This document shows, piece after piece, positions 1-9,605 of a stretch of 57,897 nt of DNA (its first letter is position 1; every line of letters begins with the position of its first letter). The stretch is from a virus (Duplodnaviria; Caudoviricetes), in the IMG/VR virus record IMGVR_UViG_3300007004_000001, positions 1-57,897 of that record; one strand, given 5' to 3'. The notes under the pieces are model-generated. The model did not search any database. It worked only from the letters and a program-made list of their open reading frames with translations, and had not been told where the DNA came from. A program made the position numbers and the translations under genes.

Positions 1-123
1 AAGGAGGCCAACCCCACGCTATCGACCGTCACCGAGGTCGCCGGCGCCGTACTGCCAGCGTTCGCGTCGGGGGGCGCGTCCACGGCATCGCGGATCCTCG
101 GCGCTACGCCGGCCGGCATGGCG
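1..123 (+). repeat. 123-bp terminal direct repeat, left copy (circular assembly overlap)
   Basis: Bases 1-123 are identical to 57775-57897, and an ORF reads through the junction in frame. Confidence 0.95.
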
Positions 124-3100
124 GCTCGAGCGGAGCGCGCCCTCACCGGAGCAGGCGCTGCGTCCGGGTTCGTCGGCAAGACCGCCTATGCCGCGGCGGG
201 CGGTGCGGTCGAGGGCGCGCTCGCAGGTGCGGGCAGCTACCTCTCCAGCGTCGCGCTCGACAACGCCGACCTGTCCGCTGAGGCCTTCATGGGCGCGATG
301 GGCAAGGGCGCGATGTGGGGCGGCGGAATCGGTGCGGGGACGGCAGCCGCGGAGCGTGGATTCGTTGCGGCACGCCGGCTCTTCCCGTCGAGCGAGGTGA
401 CGCGCGAGAGCGTCGTTGCTGCCGAGGAGGGCGTCAACCAGGCCGTCGGTGAGGCGCTGTCGGGCGGCGACGAACTGCTCGCGGCGGCACGACGCCAGCT
501 CGACGAGCATCGCATGCGGATCGCTGCGGCCGGCGCTGCGGCGAAGGAGTCGGACCTCGCCGCGAAGCAGGAGATCAACCGGCTGCGCGTCGAGCGCGAA
601 CAGCTGCGTAACGATCGGCTGAAGGCGAAGACCGGTGAGGCCCCGATCGCCTCCGCTCCGACGACAGACCTGCCGAAGGGCTGGCAGCGCGGGCCGCACG
701 TCGCTGCGGACGCTCCGGTCTACAGCGGCGCGCCGAAGTACGACGCGATCGACGAGGACGCGCTCTACGTCGTCAAGCCCGAGGAGCTCTCTGGCGCGAC
801 CGGACTGCCGGGCTTCGATCAGGGCCGCGCCGATGTCGTCGCCGATGCGATGGCACGCGGTCGCACCGTCGAGCCGATCCAGATCGCGGTGTCGCCGACC
901 GGAAGGCTCGACATCGTCGATGGTCGGCACCGGATCGCCAATGCGCAGAAGTCCGGCGAACCGCTGGTGGTGCGCTACTCGCGGGGCGCCGAGATCGGAG
1001 AGAACGCGGACAAGGCGATCGACGACATCGCCGCAACCGCCGACGAGGGAGCCGACACGCTGCTGACCGCTGCGCGCAAGTACGAGGCGGCGAGCGAGAA
1101 GGCTGCGCAGTTCATGGGGCGCGAGGGCGTCCAGGACTGGCTCGCCAAGTACAAGCGCAGCGGCCGCTCCATCGAAGACTCGTTCGGTGGCACGTCGAAG
1201 GGCATCTCGCCGCGCGCAACGGATCGCGTCGAGCGGTTCGGGGACGATGTCGCCGACGAGGTTGCCGACAACGGGCGCAGCGTGGTGCGTGAGCTCGACA
1301 GTTCAGGACGCGTACTAACGAGCTATGACGAGGCTACCGGCGAGGTGCTCAAAGAGCGTATCCGCACCGGATCGACTGCGAGCGGCGGAGACATCTTCAC
1401 CGACGTCAAGGGCTCCGGATCCGGATACGGCGAGCGGCTCGCCCGGAAGATTCTTGACGGCGGCACTCCGTCTCCGGCGCGCGCCGGAGCTGACGACGTC
1501 GCGCGGGCAGATGACGCGGCGGTAGCGGCGGCGAGCACGCGAAAGGCCGCGAAGGGCTCCAAGGCGAAGCGCAGCGTCGCGAGCGAGATCCTTGACTCGG
1601 CGGGCGGCGACGATCTGGAGCAGCGCCTGCTCGCGATGAAGCGTGGGATCGACGAAGGCGCATCGCTCGCCGACCTTGCCGCTATCCGCAACGGCCGACT
1701 CGTCGACGACACGAACGAAGCGATCCAGGCGCTCGGCGACCTGGACCGGGCGACGCACGACCTCACGATCGCGCTCGGCCCCGCGGCGCCGCCGTCCGCT
1801 CAGAAGGCAGCAGCCGAGTACGCCGAGGCGATCGCGCAGCAGAACGAGAGCCTCGCCGCGCAGACCGCACGCGCTCTCGACGACACGCACGCCGCCGAGC
1901 AGGCTGCGCAGCTCGGCGTGAAGACCCGCACCGTCAAGGATCAACTCGACGAGGTCCGCGTCCAGAAGGCCCGCGACGACGCCGCGACCAAGGCCGAACT
2001 GAACCGCCTGAAGGTCCAGGAGGCGCGTGCCAAGGCTGCCGCTCGCGAGTCGAAGGCTAGCAGCGCCGCGGAAGAGGCAGCCGACGAAACGCCGAAGTCC
2101 CGCACCGGGCGCCTGGTTGGACGTGCCGCCGACGCTGCCGCCGCCCTCGAGGTGCTCCAGACCGTCGGCATTCCGGGCGTGCCGGACCTCGACAAGCTGC
2201 CCGTCGTCGGCCCGCTGCTCGGCGCCTACCTGAAGTTCCGCGCCGGCAAGGCCGTCTGGTCGCGGCTCGGCGGCAAGGTCCCGGCCAGCACTGAGGCGCG
2301 AGTAGCGAGCAAGGCGGCCGAGATGCGCGACCGCGCGGCGAAGGCGATCGACAAGGCTCTCGAGGTCGGCGCGCGTGGAGCTCGCGGCGCCGCCAGAGTC
2401 TCCATCCCCGCTGCCATCACGGTGCTCAACTCGTCGCTGTTCGACGACGGCGAGCGCAAGCCGCGCGCTCCGAAGCAGAACGGCCCGGTCAAGCCGACGA
2501 TCCGCGAGGTCATCGCCCGCCGCGGCGACGAACTGATCCGCGCGGCGACGAACGAGGACATCGTGCGGCGAACGGTCCGCCGCCAGGTGCCGCTCAGCAA
2601 CGCGAAGGTGGCCGAGGCGCTGGAGAAGGCGGTGCTCCGCAAGGTCCAGTTCCTCTACGACAAGCTGCCGAAGGACCCGCGCGAGCCCAACCCGTTCCGC
2701 AAGGCCGACGACTGGACGCCCGATCCCGTCGAGGTGGATCGCTTCGCGCGCTACGTCCACGCCGCCGAGGATCCGGGCGCCGTACTCGACCGCATCGCCA
2801 CTGGGCAGATCCTCCCCGAGGAGGCCGAGACGCTCAAAGCGGTCTATCCCGAGCTGTTCGCCGAGGTGCAGAAGCGCCTGATGGTGCGCGCCTCGGAGAC
2901 CGGCACCGCATCGGATCTGCCGTTCGAGCGCCGCGTCGTGCTCTCGCAGCTGTTCGAGGTGCCCGTCGACGACTCGATGCGCCCCGAGTATCTCGCGTAC
3001 TTGCAGAGCACGTACGAGCCGACCGCGTCCGACCCGGCCACGGCTGGCGCTCCGCCCGGTGCCGCTCCGCCAACTCCGACGATCTCCGCGAGCGTCGCGA

Positions 3101-3150
3101 AGCTCTCGACCGACACGATGACCGCCCTCGATCGCAGGGCAGCGAGGTAG
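1..3150 (+). CDS. C-terminal part of a large internal virion/DNA-ejection protein (about 1159 aa across the origin) with an internal ParB/Srx-like domain
   Basis: The frame is continuous with the GTG at 57445. Gly/Ala-rich helical protein, last of three large genes after the tail nozzle. Motif PIQIAVSPTGRLDIVDGRHR at about 750-980. Confidence 0.7.
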   Translation, partial: KEANPTLSTVTEVAGAVLPAFASGGASTASRILGATPAGMAARAERALTGAGAASGFVGKTAYAAAGGAVEGALAGAGSYLSSVALDNADLSAEAFMGAMGKGAMWGGGIGAGTAAAERGFVAARRLFPSSEVTRESVVAAEEGVNQAVGEALSGGDELLAAARRQLDEHRMRIAAAGAAAKESDLAAKQEINRLRVEREQLRNDRLKAKTGEAPIASAPTTDLPKGWQRGPHVAADAPVYSGAPKYDAIDEDALYVVKPEELSGATGLPGFDQGRADVVADAMARGRTVEPIQIAVSPTGRLDIVDGRHRIANAQKSGEPLVVRYSRGAEIGENADKAIDDIAATADEGADTLLTAARKYEAASEKAAQFMGREGVQDWLAKYKRSGRSIEDSFGGTSKGISPRATDRVERFGDDVADEVADNGRSVVRELDSSGRVLTSYDEATGEVLKERIRTGSTASGGDIFTDVKGSGSGYGERLARKILDGGTPSPARAGADDVARADDAAVAAASTRKAAKGSKAKRSVASEILDSAGGDDLEQRLLAMKRGIDEGASLADLAAIRNGRLVDDTNEAIQALGDLDRATHDLTIALGPAAPPSAQKAAAEYAEAIAQQNESLAAQTARALDDTHAAEQAAQLGVKTRTVKDQLDEVRVQKARDDAATKAELNRLKVQEARAKAAARESKASSAAEEAADETPKSRTGRLVGRAADAAAALEVLQTVGIPGVPDLDKLPVVGPLLGAYLKFRAGKAVWSRLGGKVPASTEARVASKAAEMRDRAAKAIDKALEVGARGARGAARVSIPAAITVLNSSLFDDGERKPRAPKQNGPVKPTIREVIARRGDELIRAATNEDIVRRTVRRQVPLSNAKVAEALEKAVLRKVQFLYDKLPKDPREPNPFRKADDWTPDPVEVDRFARYVHAAEDPGAVLDRIATGQILPEEAETLKAVYPELFAEVQKRLMVRASETGTASDLPFERRVVLSQLFEVPVDDSMRPEYLAYLQSTYEPTASDPATAGAPPGAAPPTPTISASVAKLSTDTMTALDRRAAR

Positions 3151-3152
3151 CC

Positions 3153-3524
3153 ATGTCCAACCGCACGCGACAGATCGATCTCTTCCCGGCCAGCGCCGGA
3201 TCCGACGGCGGCGTCACGTCGACGGGGACGTTCTACTCCACGCCCATCTCGCTGCCGGAACAGGCCGTCGTCGGCATCCACCTGGAGTGGGACGCGGTGA
3301 CCGACACCGATACGTTCTGGGCGAGCGACAAGCCGAAGCCGGACGAGACCGACGATGCCGACTGGGTGCAGGTCACCACGATCGTCGTCACGAGCCCGAC
3401 CGGCTCGGAAAGCAAGCACCGCTACGACCTCGACCGCGTCGGCGCGCGCTGGCTGCGGATCAAGGTCGTTCACGGCTCGGGCACCGGCAAGCGTCGCGGC
3501 TGGGCGACGATCAAGGAGGGGTGA
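3153..3524 (+). CDS. Hypothetical protein, probably virion structural (beta-rich)
   Basis: Starts 2 nt after the upstream stop and has an SD. Lies in the late operon. Confidence 0.6.
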   Translation: MSNRTRQIDLFPASAGSDGGVTSTGTFYSTPISLPEQAVVGIHLEWDAVTDTDTFWASDKPKPDETDDADWVQVTTIVVTSPTGSESKHRYDLDRVGARWLRIKVVHGSGTGKRRGWATIKEG

Positions 3525-4426
3525 TCGTGACGATCGTCCAGGGCATCCGTGGCAGCACGGCGCCGGAGTCCAACTACTTCCAGCTGCGCATCAACAGCCT
3601 TGGAGCGGCGGCGGTTCCGAGTGCGACGAGTGGCACGTCGATCACGCCGGGGAGTAACGCGTACGGCAACTACGCGTCGCTGATCCCCGGCATCGATCCT
3701 GGTGGCGGCGCGCCATACGTCAGCCACGACGTCTACGGACTCTGGATCTACGCCGTCGCGGGTAGCGTCTCGACGGAGGCGCGCGACCTGCTGCTCACGA
3801 TCGGCGTCGACCCGGCTGGCGCGACGACGTTCGTCGACAAGATCTCGCACCTCATCTGTCCACAGGCGTCGCCGTACCTCGGCGCGTCGCTGGCCGGAGG
3901 ACACGCCTACTACTTCCCGCTGCTCATCCCGGCAGGGACGAGCATCGGCGCGAAGGCGAGCGTCAACCACGGCACGGTCCGCACGGTTCGCGCGTTCGTG
4001 ATCCTCGACTGCCGCCCCACCCGCCCCGATCTGCTGCGCGTCGGACGCACCGTGACGACGTTCGGCGCCGTCACGGCCAGTTCGCGAGGCACTGCCGTCA
4101 CGCCCGGCACCGTCGCCGAGGGCGACTACGTGCAACTCGGGTCGGCACTGACCACGTCCATCTTCCACTGGAATCTCGGCATCGGCTGCAACAGCGGCGC
4201 GATGGAGAACACCGTCGTTCACGGCGATCTCGCGCTCGAGACGGGCAGCACGAAGCGACTCGTGGTGTCGAACCGGCAGCTGTTCACGACCTCCGGTGAG
4301 ATCTCCGGATCGAAGGATGCCGGCTCGTACGCCGACGGAGTGATCGGGGACAAGGTCTACGCGCGGCTCCAGCAGGCGGGGACGCTCGATGTCTACAGCT
4401 GCGCCGCATACGGGGTCGGGCCGTAA
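3521..4426 (+). CDS. Putative tail/structural protein
   Basis: GTG start (3521 or 3527) after AAGGAGGG. Thr/Gly/Ser-rich, with an internal repeat (SGTSITPG / RGTAVTPG). Confidence 0.55.
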   Translation: MIVTIVQGIRGSTAPESNYFQLRINSLGAAAVPSATSGTSITPGSNAYGNYASLIPGIDPGGGAPYVSHDVYGLWIYAVAGSVSTEARDLLLTIGVDPAGATTFVDKISHLICPQASPYLGASLAGGHAYYFPLLIPAGTSIGAKASVNHGTVRTVRAFVILDCRPTRPDLLRVGRTVTTFGAVTASSRGTAVTPGTVAEGDYVQLGSALTTSIFHWNLGIGCNSGAMENTVVHGDLALETGSTKRLVVSNRQLFTTSGEISGSKDAGSYADGVIGDKVYARLQQAGTLDVYSCAAYGVGP

Positions 4427-4428
4427 CA

Positions 4429-5679
4429 ATGGCCGCGCCCCCGCCCACGTCAACGTCGAGGCGCACCGCCGTGAGGGGCGGGCGCTTCAATGTGCGAGGA
4501 GCGAAGTGGCGCGTTGAGGAGGCGGGTGCGCGCATCTCGCGGCGGACGTTCTGGGGAGAGGGCGGCCAGCACGCGGCGGTGCTGTTCGGAGCAGGCGCCG
4601 ACGACTGCGTGATCGAGGACTGCGACTTCGTGGACTGCTTCCACGGGATCGAGATCGACGGCGCAAGGAACCTGCGGCTGATCAACTGCACCGTGCGCTT
4701 CACCGAGGCGATCACTTCGTCATTCGGCTTCTACGCGCTCGACGGGCAGGGCCTCAAGTACCACGGGTGCGAAGTCGAAGGCGCCAACCTCGACTCGTAC
4801 AAGTCGGCGTTTGACTGCCGCGATGTCACGTACCTCGACTGCACGTCTAGAAACAGCGGCAACGGAGCGCCTGAGGGCGGAGGCTGGGACCTCGCGTACG
4901 GCGGCGACACGATCAAGCTGATCGGGTGCAAGGCGTTCGACTCCAACGGCGTCGACGTCACGGTCAAGACGCACCAGGACTTCCCGAGCACGGTCGGCGA
5001 TGTCGAGGTGATCGGGTTCCACAGCGAGAACGCGGTGTACGGCTTCACCGTCGAGGCCGTCGATTCGCTCGACTTCCCGAATCCGCCGTCGAATCCCGGG
5101 ACGCGTCCGGAAGCGAAGCGCGTCAACTTCGTCGGCGGCATCGTCAAGAACGCCACGATTGGTGCGTTCCTGAACAGCCAGCACATCAACGTGATCGGCA
5201 CGCAGTTTCACGGCTGCGAGCAAGAGGGCGTCATCCTCTACCGCAACGCGCGGGATGTTGGCCTCTCAAACGTCAACATCGTGGCGTGCGCCTCCGCATT
5301 CGGCGGCTCCAAGCCGGGGATGACGATCCGCGGCGCCCAGCGAGTGACGATCGACAAGGGCCTGATCGACGGCAGCGACGGGACGACCACGACGCACCGG
5401 GCGGCGATCGAGATCTTCGACAAGGACGTCAACAACCTCGCCAACGACATCACGATCGACAAGACCCGGATGCGGAACGTCACCGCGACCGGATCGCCGA
5501 TCATCGCCTGCTTCTCGGCGACGGCGCAGGTCGTTGTCGACGTGTGGGGGACGGGCGCTCCGACGGGGAGCCCCGGCATGCATGGCGGCCCGGGCAGCAC
5601 GTATCGCCGCCTCGACACCGGCGACATCTACAAGAAGACCGACGCGGCGAACAGCAAAGCAGGGTGGGTCGCGCTGTGA
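4429..5679 (+). CDS. Tailspike-like right-handed parallel beta-helix protein (pectin lyase-like fold)
   Basis: Repeated beta-helix rungs (IEDCDF, GIEIDGARNLRLINC, VTIDKGLI). C-terminal GxGxP..GSTYRRLDTGDIYKK..GW motif seen at tailspike ends. Confidence 0.75.
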   Translation: MAAPPPTSTSRRTAVRGGRFNVRGAKWRVEEAGARISRRTFWGEGGQHAAVLFGAGADDCVIEDCDFVDCFHGIEIDGARNLRLINCTVRFTEAITSSFGFYALDGQGLKYHGCEVEGANLDSYKSAFDCRDVTYLDCTSRNSGNGAPEGGGWDLAYGGDTIKLIGCKAFDSNGVDVTVKTHQDFPSTVGDVEVIGFHSENAVYGFTVEAVDSLDFPNPPSNPGTRPEAKRVNFVGGIVKNATIGAFLNSQHINVIGTQFHGCEQEGVILYRNARDVGLSNVNIVACASAFGGSKPGMTIRGAQRVTIDKGLIDGSDGTTTTHRAAIEIFDKDVNNLANDITIDKTRMRNVTATGSPIIACFSATAQVVVDVWGTGAPTGSPGMHGGPGSTYRRLDTGDIYKKTDAANSKAGWVAL

Positions 5680-6191
5680 GCGGCGACGACAAGCCCGCCC
5701 GCCGCGGCTGGTCCGACGAGAAGCGCGCCACGTTCGGCCGCAGCCGTCGCGACACGGCGCGTCTCGAGCCGCCGCTGCCGCCGATCCGCGCGCCGCGACC
5801 GAGCACGGCAGACGACGGCGACGTTCCCGAGCTGTCCGCGCTGGCCGCCGAGGTACGCAGCCACGCGATGCGCCTCGTGGCGCTATCGGGCGAGCACGGG
5901 ACGAACGGCAAGGTGGGCGACCTGCGCGCGACTGTGGCGCAGTGGCGCACGACGGTGATCGGCGTGGCGCTGGCGGTGCTCGGCGGACTGGCCGGGGTCG
6001 CCTGGAAGATCCACGACGGCGCGGTGGCGTCCGGTGAGCGGCGTGGCCGTCTGGAACTGCGCGTGGAGATGCTGGAGCGCGACCTCGGCGAGCTGCGGGC
6101 AGACCGTCGCGCAAGCCGCCGGGATCACATCGACCCGGGCACAAGTTTCAAGCCGACGCAAGGATTGTCGGCGCAAGGAGGTACTCCGTGA
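5676..6191 (+). CDS. Membrane protein with one TM segment and a coiled coil (lysis region)
   Basis: GTG overlaps the upstream TGA. TM segment VIGVALAVLGGLAGVAW. Confidence 0.55.
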   Translation: MSGDDKPARRGWSDEKRATFGRSRRDTARLEPPLPPIRAPRPSTADDGDVPELSALAAEVRSHAMRLVALSGEHGTNGKVGDLRATVAQWRTTVIGVALAVLGGLAGVAWKIHDGAVASGERRGRLELRVEMLERDLGELRADRRASRRDHIDPGTSFKPTQGLSAQGGTP

Positions 6192-6784
6192 CCATGGCGA
6201 AGCTCTCGATTCTGATCCTGTCTGCTGCACTCGTCGGCGCCGTCGCTGGCGACGCTCTCTACTCGGTCGGCTACGCGAGCGGCTACAGCGGGGTGCGCCC
6301 CGAGCAGCCCGACGCGGTGAGTGGCGCCGACGCTCCGGTGCTCGTCGCGCAGCTGAGCGTCGACGCCGGCGCCGCGCACGTCGGGCTGGTGCCGACCTCG
6401 AGCGCAGATGCGCCGAGCGGTATCGCGACCTCGCCGGCCGTTGCGCCCGTCGTGCTGCCGAGCGATCCGGGCGGACTCGCGTGGCTGCTCGTGACGGCCG
6501 CGAAGGATGGTAACTGGCGCATCGCCGCCGCTGCGGTGCTGTCGCTGCTGATGCTCGGCCTCAGCTACACGCCGGTGCGCAGCAAGCTGTTCAAGGGCGA
6601 CCGAGGCGGAGCGATCCTCGTGCTGCTGCTCGCGGTGGCCGGTGGCGTCGTGACGGCGCTGGTCGCCTCGGTGCCGATCAGTGGCGCGTTGCTGCTCGGC
6701 TCGATCGGCGTCGCGTTCACGGCGGCTGGTGGCTACCAGATCATCAAGCGGATCATCTGGCCGGCGACCGAGGCGGCGAAGTGA
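6188..6784 (+). CDS. Multi-TM membrane protein, candidate holin
   Basis: Signal-like N-terminus, 3-4 hydrophobic helices and a basic C-terminus. Upstream of the spanins and endolysin. Confidence 0.55.
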   Translation: MTMAKLSILILSAALVGAVAGDALYSVGYASGYSGVRPEQPDAVSGADAPVLVAQLSVDAGAAHVGLVPTSSADAPSGIATSPAVAPVVLPSDPGGLAWLLVTAAKDGNWRIAAAAVLSLLMLGLSYTPVRSKLFKGDRGGAILVLLLAVAGGVVTALVASVPISGALLLGSIGVAFTAAGGYQIIKRIIWPATEAAK

Positions 6785-7041
6785 TGGACTTTCCTGTCGG
6801 CGATCTGCCGGCCTGCACGTGCGGACCGTACTGGAGCGTCGTCCCTCCGCCGCCGTGCCCGCACCACTCGTCAGCACAGGTCGGCTACTACCTGCCCCTC
6901 GCCACCATCAGCCCCAACGGCTGGCGCTGCCCCGGCTGCACCACCGTCTGGGCGCCGAGCGTGGCGAAGTGCGACCGCTGCGGGCCGCGGAGCGACTTCC
7001 TGGACCGCGTCGATCCGCCGGAAGGATGGCCGTCGCGATGA
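6781..7041 (+). CDS. Small Zn-ribbon protein
   Basis: GWRCPGC..VWAP...CDRC motif; translationally coupled. Confidence 0.55.
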   Translation: MMDFPVGDLPACTCGPYWSVVPPPPCPHHSSAQVGYYLPLATISPNGWRCPGCTTVWAPSVAKCDRCGPRSDFLDRVDPPEGWPSR

Positions 7042-7214
7042 GCGTCTCCAACTGGTTCGGCGACGAGCACGCCACCGCTCTCGGCGATGCCCTGCGCGAG
7101 GCGAAGCGCGACGGCAGGGGTGTCACGCTGCACGACGACGCGTGCAAGGTCGACCGCCGCGAGCGGGGCTGCACCTGCACGCCGATGACGCTCGTGCCGG
7201 GGGCGGAGGCGTAG
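7038..7214 (+). CDS. Small hypothetical protein
   Basis: ATGA coupling; HDDAC...GCTCTP motif. Confidence 0.5.
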   Translation: MSVSNWFGDEHATALGDALREAKRDGRGVTLHDDACKVDRRERGCTCTPMTLVPGAEA

Positions 7215-7562
7215 ATGGCACCCTCGCTGCGCATCCGCATCAAGCCGCGCCTGCCGACCAAATACCGGCGGGACTGCATGTGCTGCTCGGCGAACAACTA
7301 CGTCCGCGACGCGAAGCGGATTGCGATGCGCGGTGCGTTCGCCGAGGCCGCGATCCCCGAGGGCGTCGAGCATCACCGCGAGTTGATCGCGCACACAGCC
7401 GCCGGCGAGTCGTTCATCTGCTGGTACGGCGACGAGTACGACTTCGCGTATTTCGATTGCGGCGACGACTGCGCGATGTGCACAGGAGATAGCGAGCACT
7501 GGACGAACCGCCTGCCCGACGGCGTCACGTTCACCCCCGCCGAGGCTCGCCATGGACGGTGA
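7215..7562 (+). CDS. Hypothetical Cys-rich protein
   Basis: SD GGAGG; abuts the upstream stop. Confidence 0.55.
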   Translation: MAPSLRIRIKPRLPTKYRRDCMCCSANNYVRDAKRIAMRGAFAEAAIPEGVEHHRELIAHTAAGESFICWYGDEYDFAYFDCGDDCAMCTGDSEHWTNRLPDGVTFTPAEARHGR

Positions 7563-7971
7563 CCTCCTCGCCGGCCTCGTTGGTGCAGGCCTCGGCGCCC
7601 TGTCCGTCGGCGGCATCTCGCTGCTGCTCTACTTCGAATCGCGCGGCCGTCGCACCGCCGAGGTCGCCGTGGTCACCGCCGAGTCGTCGCGCGCGAAGTT
7701 CGCCGAGGCGTCCGAGCGGTTCGAAGCTGGCCAGCGCACCGCCGAGGCCCGCGTCGTCGCGACCGATGCGCACGTCAAGGAGCTGGAGGACGAGATCGAT
7801 GCGCTCTACAACGACCTGCCTGCGTGTGACGATCCTCGCGTCGCTCGCGATCGCCTCCGCCGCGTGCTGGAGAGGTCGCGCGCCCGCGCCGGTCTGCCCC
7901 GACCTGCCGCCGGAGCCGCAACCGTGCGTCCTGCGGGCGCCGCCGACAGCACCGGCGCTGGAGGTGCCTGA
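7552..7971 (+). CDS. i-spanin (Rz-like)
   Basis: N-terminal TM helix followed by a coiled coil; overlapped by a lipoprotein gene in the +1 frame. Confidence 0.7.
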   Translation: MDGDLLAGLVGAGLGALSVGGISLLLYFESRGRRTAEVAVVTAESSRAKFAEASERFEAGQRTAEARVVATDAHVKELEDEIDALYNDLPACDDPRVARDRLRRVLERSRARAGLPRPAAGAATVRPAGAADSTGAGGA

Positions 7972-8140
7972 GTGTCCCGCCGAGGGAGAGTGCCCGCCGC
8001 TCGCTCCCGAGGCCGAGGCGCGGCTAGCGGAGTACCTGGACCGTCTGGAGATGTGGTCGGCGAGGGCGTGGGACTTGTGCGGATCGGCGATTCCGCTCCC
8101 GGCGACGTCGTCGAAGCCTACCGGGACGGGCGAACCGTGA
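7799..8140 (+). CDS. o-spanin (Rz1-like) lipoprotein
   Basis: ATG at 7799 after GGAGGA. Signal MRSTTTCLRVTILASLAIASAA-C and a Pro/Cys-rich mature part; overlaps the i-spanin. Confidence 0.7.
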   Translation: MRSTTTCLRVTILASLAIASAACWRGRAPAPVCPDLPPEPQPCVLRAPPTAPALEVPECPAEGECPPLAPEAEARLAEYLDRLEMWSARAWDLCGSAIPLPATSSKPTGTGEP

Positions 8141-8340
8141 GTGGCTACGTTGTCCACCTCGCCTCGATGGTCGCCGTGCAGCCGCTGCGCGACGGCAAGC
8201 GCCTCGGGCTCACCGGCGATGCGCTGTGGCTCGAGCCGGACGCGCTCGTGCGGGTCGTGACGACGGCGGAACAGTTGCGGGCCGGGAAGCTCGAGCGTGG
8301 ATCGGGCGGCGAGGTCGACCCGCTGCAAGGAGCTGCGTGA
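8137..8340 (+). CDS. Hypothetical protein
   Basis: GTGA coupling. Confidence 0.45.
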   Translation: MSGYVVHLASMVAVQPLRDGKRLGLTGDALWLEPDALVRVVTTAEQLRAGKLERGSGGEVDPLQGAA

Positions 8341-8657
8341 TGCGCCTGATCGATCTCAACCCCGAGTTCGTCGGCCACGGCGGCGAAGGAGTCTATCGCT
8401 CCGATACGGGCGAGCCCGTACCGCGGACGGAGCGCGCCGGCATCATCTTCGACTGCCCGTGCGGAAACACGGATGAGGATCATCGGCTGTTCGTGCCGTT
8501 CGCGAACCCGATCGGCCCAGGCCCGCTGATCTCGCAACAGGGATGGCAGCGCCGCGGCGACGACGTCGAGACGTTGACCCTCACGCCGAGCATCCTGCGC
8601 CACACCGACTGCGCGTGGCACGGCTTCATCACCGACGGAGAGGTGCGGACAGTATGA
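8340..8657 (+). CDS. DUF6527-like protein
   Basis: FDCPCG...W...LTLTPSI....C.WHGFITDG pattern. Confidence 0.65.
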   Translation: MRLIDLNPEFVGHGGEGVYRSDTGEPVPRTERAGIIFDCPCGNTDEDHRLFVPFANPIGPGPLISQQGWQRRGDDVETLTLTPSILRHTDCAWHGFITDGEVRTV

Positions 8658-9316
8658 GCGGACTCGATCTCGTCCGCCTGTCGGACGAACTCATCGCCGA
8701 CCGCCGCTGGACGTCGTGCTACGGCGACGGCACCATCCCGTCGCGGATGCGTTGGCTGCGCGCCGAGTGCGCAGCGTCTTTGCCGCCCGACCTCGTGTTC
8801 AGCGACCTCTTCCGCTCGCCGGCGAGCTCGCTCGAGGCCGTCGCGCGCGGACGTGGCGCGCTTCCGCCTGGGTATAGCTGCCACAACTTCGGAGGCGCCG
8901 TCGACCTCGACGTTGACGCCACGATGCGGCGCCTCGGCTACACCAAGAAGCGCCTCGATGAGTACATGGCCGCCGCCGGCTGGTACTGCCACCGCAGCGA
9001 CCACAAGCGTGGGAGCGAGGACTGGCATTGGAATTACCTCCCGTCGCCCCCGAGCGGGCGCCTCTCCTCCGACGAGGCAGAGCGCCACCTCGTCGATCTG
9101 TACGAGGCGCAGTGGTCGGCGCTCCGCAGCGATCTCCACGCCGAGCAGACCGCGCTCGCGGCCCTCGGGCTCTACCGCGGCGCGATCGACGGCATCGTCG
9201 GCAAGCAGACGCGGTCCGCGCGGGCGGCGTTCTCGTCGGCGTGGCTCACCCGCCCGACCGCCGACTACTACCGCGTGTTGTGGCTAGCCGCGCAGGCGAA
9301 GCGCTACGAGGAGTAG
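8654..9316 (+). CDS. Endolysin: M15-family Zn peptidase with a C-terminal peptidoglycan-binding domain
   Basis: SCHNFGGAVD (SxHxxGxAxD) and EDWH motifs, then LGLYRGAIDGIVGKQTRSA. Confidence 0.85.
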   Translation: MSGLDLVRLSDELIADRRWTSCYGDGTIPSRMRWLRAECAASLPPDLVFSDLFRSPASSLEAVARGRGALPPGYSCHNFGGAVDLDVDATMRRLGYTKKRLDEYMAAAGWYCHRSDHKRGSEDWHWNYLPSPPSGRLSSDEAERHLVDLYEAQWSALRSDLHAEQTALAALGLYRGAIDGIVGKQTRSARAAFSSAWLTRPTADYYRVLWLAAQAKRYEE

Positions 9317-9605
9317 CCATTCGTCGCCGCGCGATCGTCCAGAGCGAGTCGCCGCGCCAGTACGCGACGAGCTCCTCCGGGTCGATCCAGTAGATGCCCG
9401 CGACACCCTGTCGCTGCTCAAGCGTTGCGACCGGGGCGCGCTGCACCGGCACGCCCTCGCGGAGCAGGCGATCGAGTAGGTGGTACGTGGACCGCTCAGT
9501 GAGGCCTACGATCTTCTGCAGCCGACGCGCGGTCATCGGGCGGTCGTACAGCGCGCGTATCGCGGCGAGGTTGCTGTCGCGGCGGACGACGCGGCGGCGC
9601 TTCAC
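9246..9605 (-). CDS. Winged-HTH DNA-binding protein
   Basis: PMTARRLQKIVGLTERSTYHLLDRL..GVPV pattern; GTG coupled to the upstream stop. Confidence 0.6.
   Translation of the reverse strand: MKRRRVVRRDSNLAAIRALYDRPMTARRLQKIVGLTERSTYHLLDRLLREGVPVQRAPVATLEQRQGVAGIYWIDPEELVAYWRGDSLWTIARRRMATPRSASPARLATTRGSSRRSGG

Noticed and set aside
1-123. Biological terminal repeat
   Set aside because: It falls mid-ORF and reads through in frame, so it is more likely an assembler overlap; read-end analysis would be needed.
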